DNA of 11,388 nucleotides, from positions 1 through 11,388 of the IMG/VR virus record IMGVR_UViG_2737471853_000002, one strand, 5' to 3'. A model generated the notes under the pieces. It did no database searches and was not told the DNA's origin. It saw only the letters and a program-made list of their open reading frames with translations. A program made the position numbers and the translations under genes. The stretch is from a virus. Taxonomy: Duplodnaviria; Heunggongvirae; Uroviricota; Caudoviricetes. Shown piece after piece: positions 8,659 to 11,388 of this stretch. Every line of letters begins with the position of its first letter. Position 1 is the first letter of the stretch.

Positions 8659-9056
8659 GCAGTAGCGGGTTCAGCGGGTTCATTACCTTCTTCGCCGGAC
8701 GCTGCCTGGTCATCAGTTACCGGCGCAATCATCCCGGACAGGAGTTTCACCTTATATTCCGCTTCGGCAACAAGTTCGGTTGGCCATGACTGCATGACCT
8801 CATCCTGAATCTTTGCCACTTCCGCCGCCGCATTTTCTCCCTGGGAGCCTTTCAGTTCGTGGCCGCGCCATAGCGACATCGCCACGAGGAACGCCCCACT
8901 TTTTACGGTGAGGGTGATGGCTGCCTGAAAATCGCCTGCTTCAACTGCCTCCAGCTGCTTCAGGTATTCGAGGTATTCAATACGCTGCAGCGCCGAAAGC
9001 TGGAACAATGTGACGCTGCTGCCGTTGCTTTCAAGCAGTTCGCTCTTTAGAAACAT
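8634..9056 (-). CDS. G: Tail assembly chaperone G
   Basis: 140 aa ORF (MFLKSELLESNGSSVTLFQLSALQRIEYLEY...SGAFLVAMSLW...) resembling lambda gpG (MFLKTESFEHNGVTVTLSELSALQRIEHL...TGAFLVAMSLW as I recall). Shine-Dalgarno GGAG lies 6 nt upstream of ATG 9056. Confidence 0.9.
   Translation of the reverse strand: MFLKSELLESNGSSVTLFQLSALQRIEYLEYLKQLEAVEAGDFQAAITLTVKSGAFLVAMSLWRGHELKGSQGENAAAEVAKIQDEVMQSWPTELVAEAEYKVKLLSGMIAPVTDDQAASGEEGNEPAEPATAEKSSPVS
8652..8658 (-). other. Candidate -1 programmed frameshift slippery heptamer for G-T (mRNA GGAAAAG; lambda has GGGAAAG)
   Basis: Reverse complement of plus 8652..8660 (cttttccgc) is GCG GAA AAG in the G frame (A-E-K) and (T)GC GGA AAA G in the T frame. 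The two frames overlap only between the T-frame upstream stop (TGA, 8673..8671) and the G stop (TGA, 8636..8634), and this is the only A-rich slippery-type run in that 34 nt. Confidence 0.55.
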
Positions 9057-9074
9057 ATTTACTCCAGGTGGGAA

Positions 9075-9090
9075 CGGGGCTCACGCCCCG
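9075..9090 (-). other. GC-only hairpin in the V-G intercistronic gap (6 bp stem; loop GUGA on the mRNA)
   Basis: Plus strand is cggggc-tcac-gccccg with six G-C pairs. On the minus-strand RNA the loop is GUGA, a GNRA-type tetraloop. It lies 5 nt after the V stop (9097..9095) and about 18 nt before the G start, with no U tract after it. Confidence 0.3.
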
Positions 9091-9094
9091 GCTA

Positions 9095-9832
9095 TCAGGA
9101 AACAGTGACTTTGCAGATCGCCACAAAGTTACCGTCATTGCTCATGACGATGATTTCGACGGTGCCCGCAGCTACCCCGGTGACGGTCAGGGTATTGCCG
9201 TTGACTGTGACCGTTGCTTTTGAAGGATCAGAGCTGGCTACGCGGAAGGATTTATCTGACGCACTTGCTGGCAGGACAGACACCACCAGTTGCGTTGTGG
9301 CCGCAATCGCCACAGCCGCAGTGGATTTATCCAGGCTGATCCCCGTGACTGCAATCGGCGCGGTACCGCTGTCTTCTGCCAGCGATGGTTTGCCGTTGTT
9401 GGTGATTTTGGCCGTGCGGGTCATGACCTCTTTGGAAGTGATGGTTTTACCGAGGCTGCTCACCCAGCCCTTAAACACATCGACGACACCATTTGGGTAT
9501 TTGATTTTATATCCCCTCACGGTGCCCTCATCGAACCAGGTCACCAGGTCCTGCTGGCCGGAATCTCCCGGCATCCACGCGAGCGTCAGGTTGGTTTCGC
9601 CGGCTGATTTCTGCCCCTGCATCGTTGATGTCCAGTCAGCATTCTCATCATCAATGTAGGTGTCATCTTCCGATTCAGCTGTCAGTTCGCCAGGCTGCAG
9701 GTCTTTAATCTTTGCCAGCCGCAGCCAATCAACGTCTGAAAGCGGATTGGCGTATGGATCTCCGGTTCCGGTGTAAACCCAGAGGGTGGTACCAGCACCT
9801 TTTGTTGGTGTCAGCGGGTTTGGTGTGGCCAT
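9095..9832 (-). CDS. V: Major tail tube protein V with C-terminal Ig-like (Big_2-type) domain
   Basis: 245 aa ORF ([57 protein letters not shown]...) closely resembling lambda gpV ([36 protein letters not shown]... as I recall). The C-terminal ~90 aa are Thr/Val/Ser-rich and beta-strand-like (..[36 protein letters not shown]..), typical of the gpV Ig-like domain. Confidence 0.95.
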   Translation of the reverse strand: MATPNPLTPTKGAGTTLWVYTGTGDPYANPLSDVDWLRLAKIKDLQPGELTAESEDDTYIDDENADWTSTMQGQKSAGETNLTLAWMPGDSGQQDLVTWFDEGTVRGYKIKYPNGVVDVFKGWVSSLGKTITSKEVMTRTAKITNNGKPSLAEDSGTAPIAVTGISLDKSTAAVAIAATTQLVVSVLPASASDKSFRVASSDPSKATVTVNGNTLTVTGVAAGTVEIIVMSNDGNFVAICKVTVS

Positions 9833-9839
9833 AGGGTCC

Positions 9840-10238
9840 TCACATGTCGTAAGTAATGGAATATTTCAGGTCGGCAGAACTCCACAGCGCCATATCATCA
9901 TCGCGCTGGTAGTCATAGCCCTGCTGGATCATTGTGGTGATAAGGGATTCAAGCCCAGGAACCTCTGCGAGAACCGGATACACTCGCGTCTCCATCCAGT
10001 CATCCAGCTCAGAATCAGGTACCTGAGCCTCAAGAAAGACTTCGATATGCAGAATGGCCTGCCAAGTGTCGGCGTCCAGTTCTTCCCCGGTGTATTCCGC
10101 ATCGGTCAGGTAAACGGCAACAGCGGGAAAATCACCCTCTTCAAGCACTGCAGGTCTGCCGTCAAAATAAATGGCGTCAGTACCAATCGCGCTCTCCAGC
10201 GCGTCAATAATCACCTTGCGAATATCGCTGTGTTTCAT
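9840..10238 (-). CDS. U: Tail terminator protein U
   Basis: 132 aa ORF ([60 protein letters not shown]...) resembling lambda gpU. Start overlaps the Z stop as ATGA (10238..10235). Confidence 0.93.
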   Translation of the reverse strand: MKHSDIRKVIIDALESAIGTDAIYFDGRPAVLEEGDFPAVAVYLTDAEYTGEELDADTWQAILHIEVFLEAQVPDSELDDWMETRVYPVLAEVPGLESLITTMIQQGYDYQRDDDMALWSSADLKYSITYDM

Positions 10239-10789
10239 CGTGTCAGAATTAACCTGAGTTGGTTGGTAAGGGATGCCCGGAGTTCTTTGGGCATATCTGA
10301 CTCCATGAGCTTTGGCAGTTCTTCTTTAAACGCCGTAGTTAATGGAGCTGCCAGCGGGATGCTGACCACTTCAATGGGGTAACGAGGTTTTGACGTACGC
10401 CTCATGACATGCCAGCGGCCATTTTTAAGTTGCTGGATAAAACCGCCCGGAAAACGGAACGGTCCTATACGCAGAACGCTGTTGGCCCCTTTCTTGTCCC
10501 GTTTTCTGCGGGAAAGTCGCACGCTTGCGGTACCGAGTTTAATGGCCGGTAAATTGCCCCGGTTTACACGGATAAGCGCACGAGGTTTATTGACCGTCGC
10601 ACGCTTCACCCTGGCGCGTTGCTTTACCAGTTTTCTCGGTACGCGCGTATCTTTTGATACGACCGCCACGCTGCGACTGACGGCCCGGTTTGCCACGCGG
10701 TTAACAGCCTGCGCCGACGCACGCGGGACAGCCGTTTTGCTGATGCTGTTAAGGTTTTCTATCGCCTGTTCAAGGCCTTTTATTGACAT
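10235..10789 (-). CDS. Z: Tail completion protein Z
   Basis: 184 aa basic protein (MSIKGLEQAIENLNSISKTAVPRASAQAVNRVA...FIQQLKNGRWHVMRRT...PLTTAFKEELPK...) resembling lambda gpZ, positioned between FII and U. Confidence 0.9.
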   Translation of the reverse strand: MSIKGLEQAIENLNSISKTAVPRASAQAVNRVANRAVSRSVAVVSKDTRVPRKLVKQRARVKRATVNKPRALIRVNRGNLPAIKLGTASVRLSRRKRDKKGANSVLRIGPFRFPGGFIQQLKNGRWHVMRRTSKPRYPIEVVSIPLAAPLTTAFKEELPKLMESDMPKELRASLTNQLRLILTR

Positions 10790-10798
10790 AAGCGCTCC

Positions 10799-11152
10799 TT
10801 AACGGCGGCGCGCAGCAGCAGGCGGAGAGCCGTTACCCAGCCAGATGTGACATGATCCACAATCATCAGGACCAACACGATCAACCCAGAATTGCCGCCC
10901 GTTAATCGCCAGTGTGTCCATACGCTGCAGCTGGCTGACAGTGGAGGTTTTAACAAACAGCGTCGGGCTGGTACCTTCAACGCGAATCCCGGCACCGGCA
11001 TACCCGATGTTTTCTGGATCATCGAATACACCGACCAGGGTGGCACCTGACAATTCGCCTGACATCACCTTTGCCTCTGTACCCATCACACCACGGATAG
11101 CTCTATCAGCTCGCGACATGGCCTCGTCAAAGAGATTATCGAAATCAGCCAT
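10799..11152 (-). CDS. FII: Head-tail joining protein FII
   Basis: 117 aa ORF (MADFDNLFDEAMSRADRAIRGVMGTEAKVMSGELSGATLVGVFDDPENIGYAGAGIRVEGTSPTLFV...CHIWLGNGSPPAAARRR) closely resembling lambda gpFII (MADFDNLFDAAIARADETIRGYMG... as I recall). Confidence 0.93.
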   Translation of the reverse strand: MADFDNLFDEAMSRADRAIRGVMGTEAKVMSGELSGATLVGVFDDPENIGYAGAGIRVEGTSPTLFVKTSTVSQLQRMDTLAINGRQFWVDRVGPDDCGSCHIWLGNGSPPAAARRR

Positions 11153-11162
11153 GTGGCCCCCT

Positions 11163-11388
11163 TCAGACTTCGAAAGCCAGCCCCTTTGCGATCAAGTCGT
11201 CGGCATCCTGTTCAGATACGCGGATAATCACACCAGGCTCTACGATGGATACCGGTTCGTTACGCGTGGCATGCAGAGCGTCAATATGCAGGGTGGCCAG
11301 CGTTTCTACTGATACCAGGTCACCCGTTGTGGCCGATTCCGTTTTTACTTTTGCCACGTTAGCAACATTGCTGTCGGTGCTGTCGGTG
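11163..11388 (-). CDS. FI: DNA packaging / head assembly protein FI, C-terminal portion only; 5' end beyond the right window edge
   Basis: The frame is open to the window edge. C-terminal sequence ...LVSVETLATLHIDALHATRNEPVSIVEPGVIIRVSEQDADDLIAKGLAFEV resembles the lambda gpFI C-terminus (..LVKLHTDALHATRDEPVAFVLPGTAFRVSAG.. as I recall). The ATG at 11357 used in the ORF track is internal, not the true start. Confidence 0.8.
   Translation of the reverse strand, partial: TDSTDSNVANVAKVKTESATTGDLVSVETLATLHIDALHATRNEPVSIVEPGVIIRVSEQDADDLIAKGLAFEV

Noticed and set aside
1-11388. Searched for CRISPR arrays, tandem or direct repeats, tRNA-like sequences, attachment sites and transposon inverted repeats
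   Set aside because: By eye I found no periodic repeats, no spacer-repeat structure and no tRNA-like cloverleaf candidates. The window is essentially continuous coding sequence on one strand. A small element could be missed without computational repeat and tRNA scans.

Overview
The whole window is a lambda-like (siphovirus) tail morphogenesis module, almost certainly part of an Enterobacteriaceae prophage or phage, with every gene on the minus strand in canonical lambda order: FI (partial) - FII - Z - U - V - G - T - H - M - L - K - I - J (partial). Genes are tightly packed with overlapping or adjacent stops and starts, and I see no inserted cargo genes, RNA genes, CRISPR arrays, transposon ends or defence-type genes. 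Assignments rest on my recall of lambda protein sequences and gene order, not on a database search. I do not find evidence of a previously undescribed system here; this is an ordinary, well-understood structural region. The points worth a second look are small cis-elements: a G-T programmed -1 frameshift site whose heptamer (GGAAAAG) differs from lambda's GGGAAAG, a terminator-like UUCG hairpin with a U7 tract between I and J, and a GC hairpin between V and G. The J gene is not in the supplied ORF track because it runs off the left edge without a stop; I translated about 1.8 kb of it by hand and it is open and J-like.
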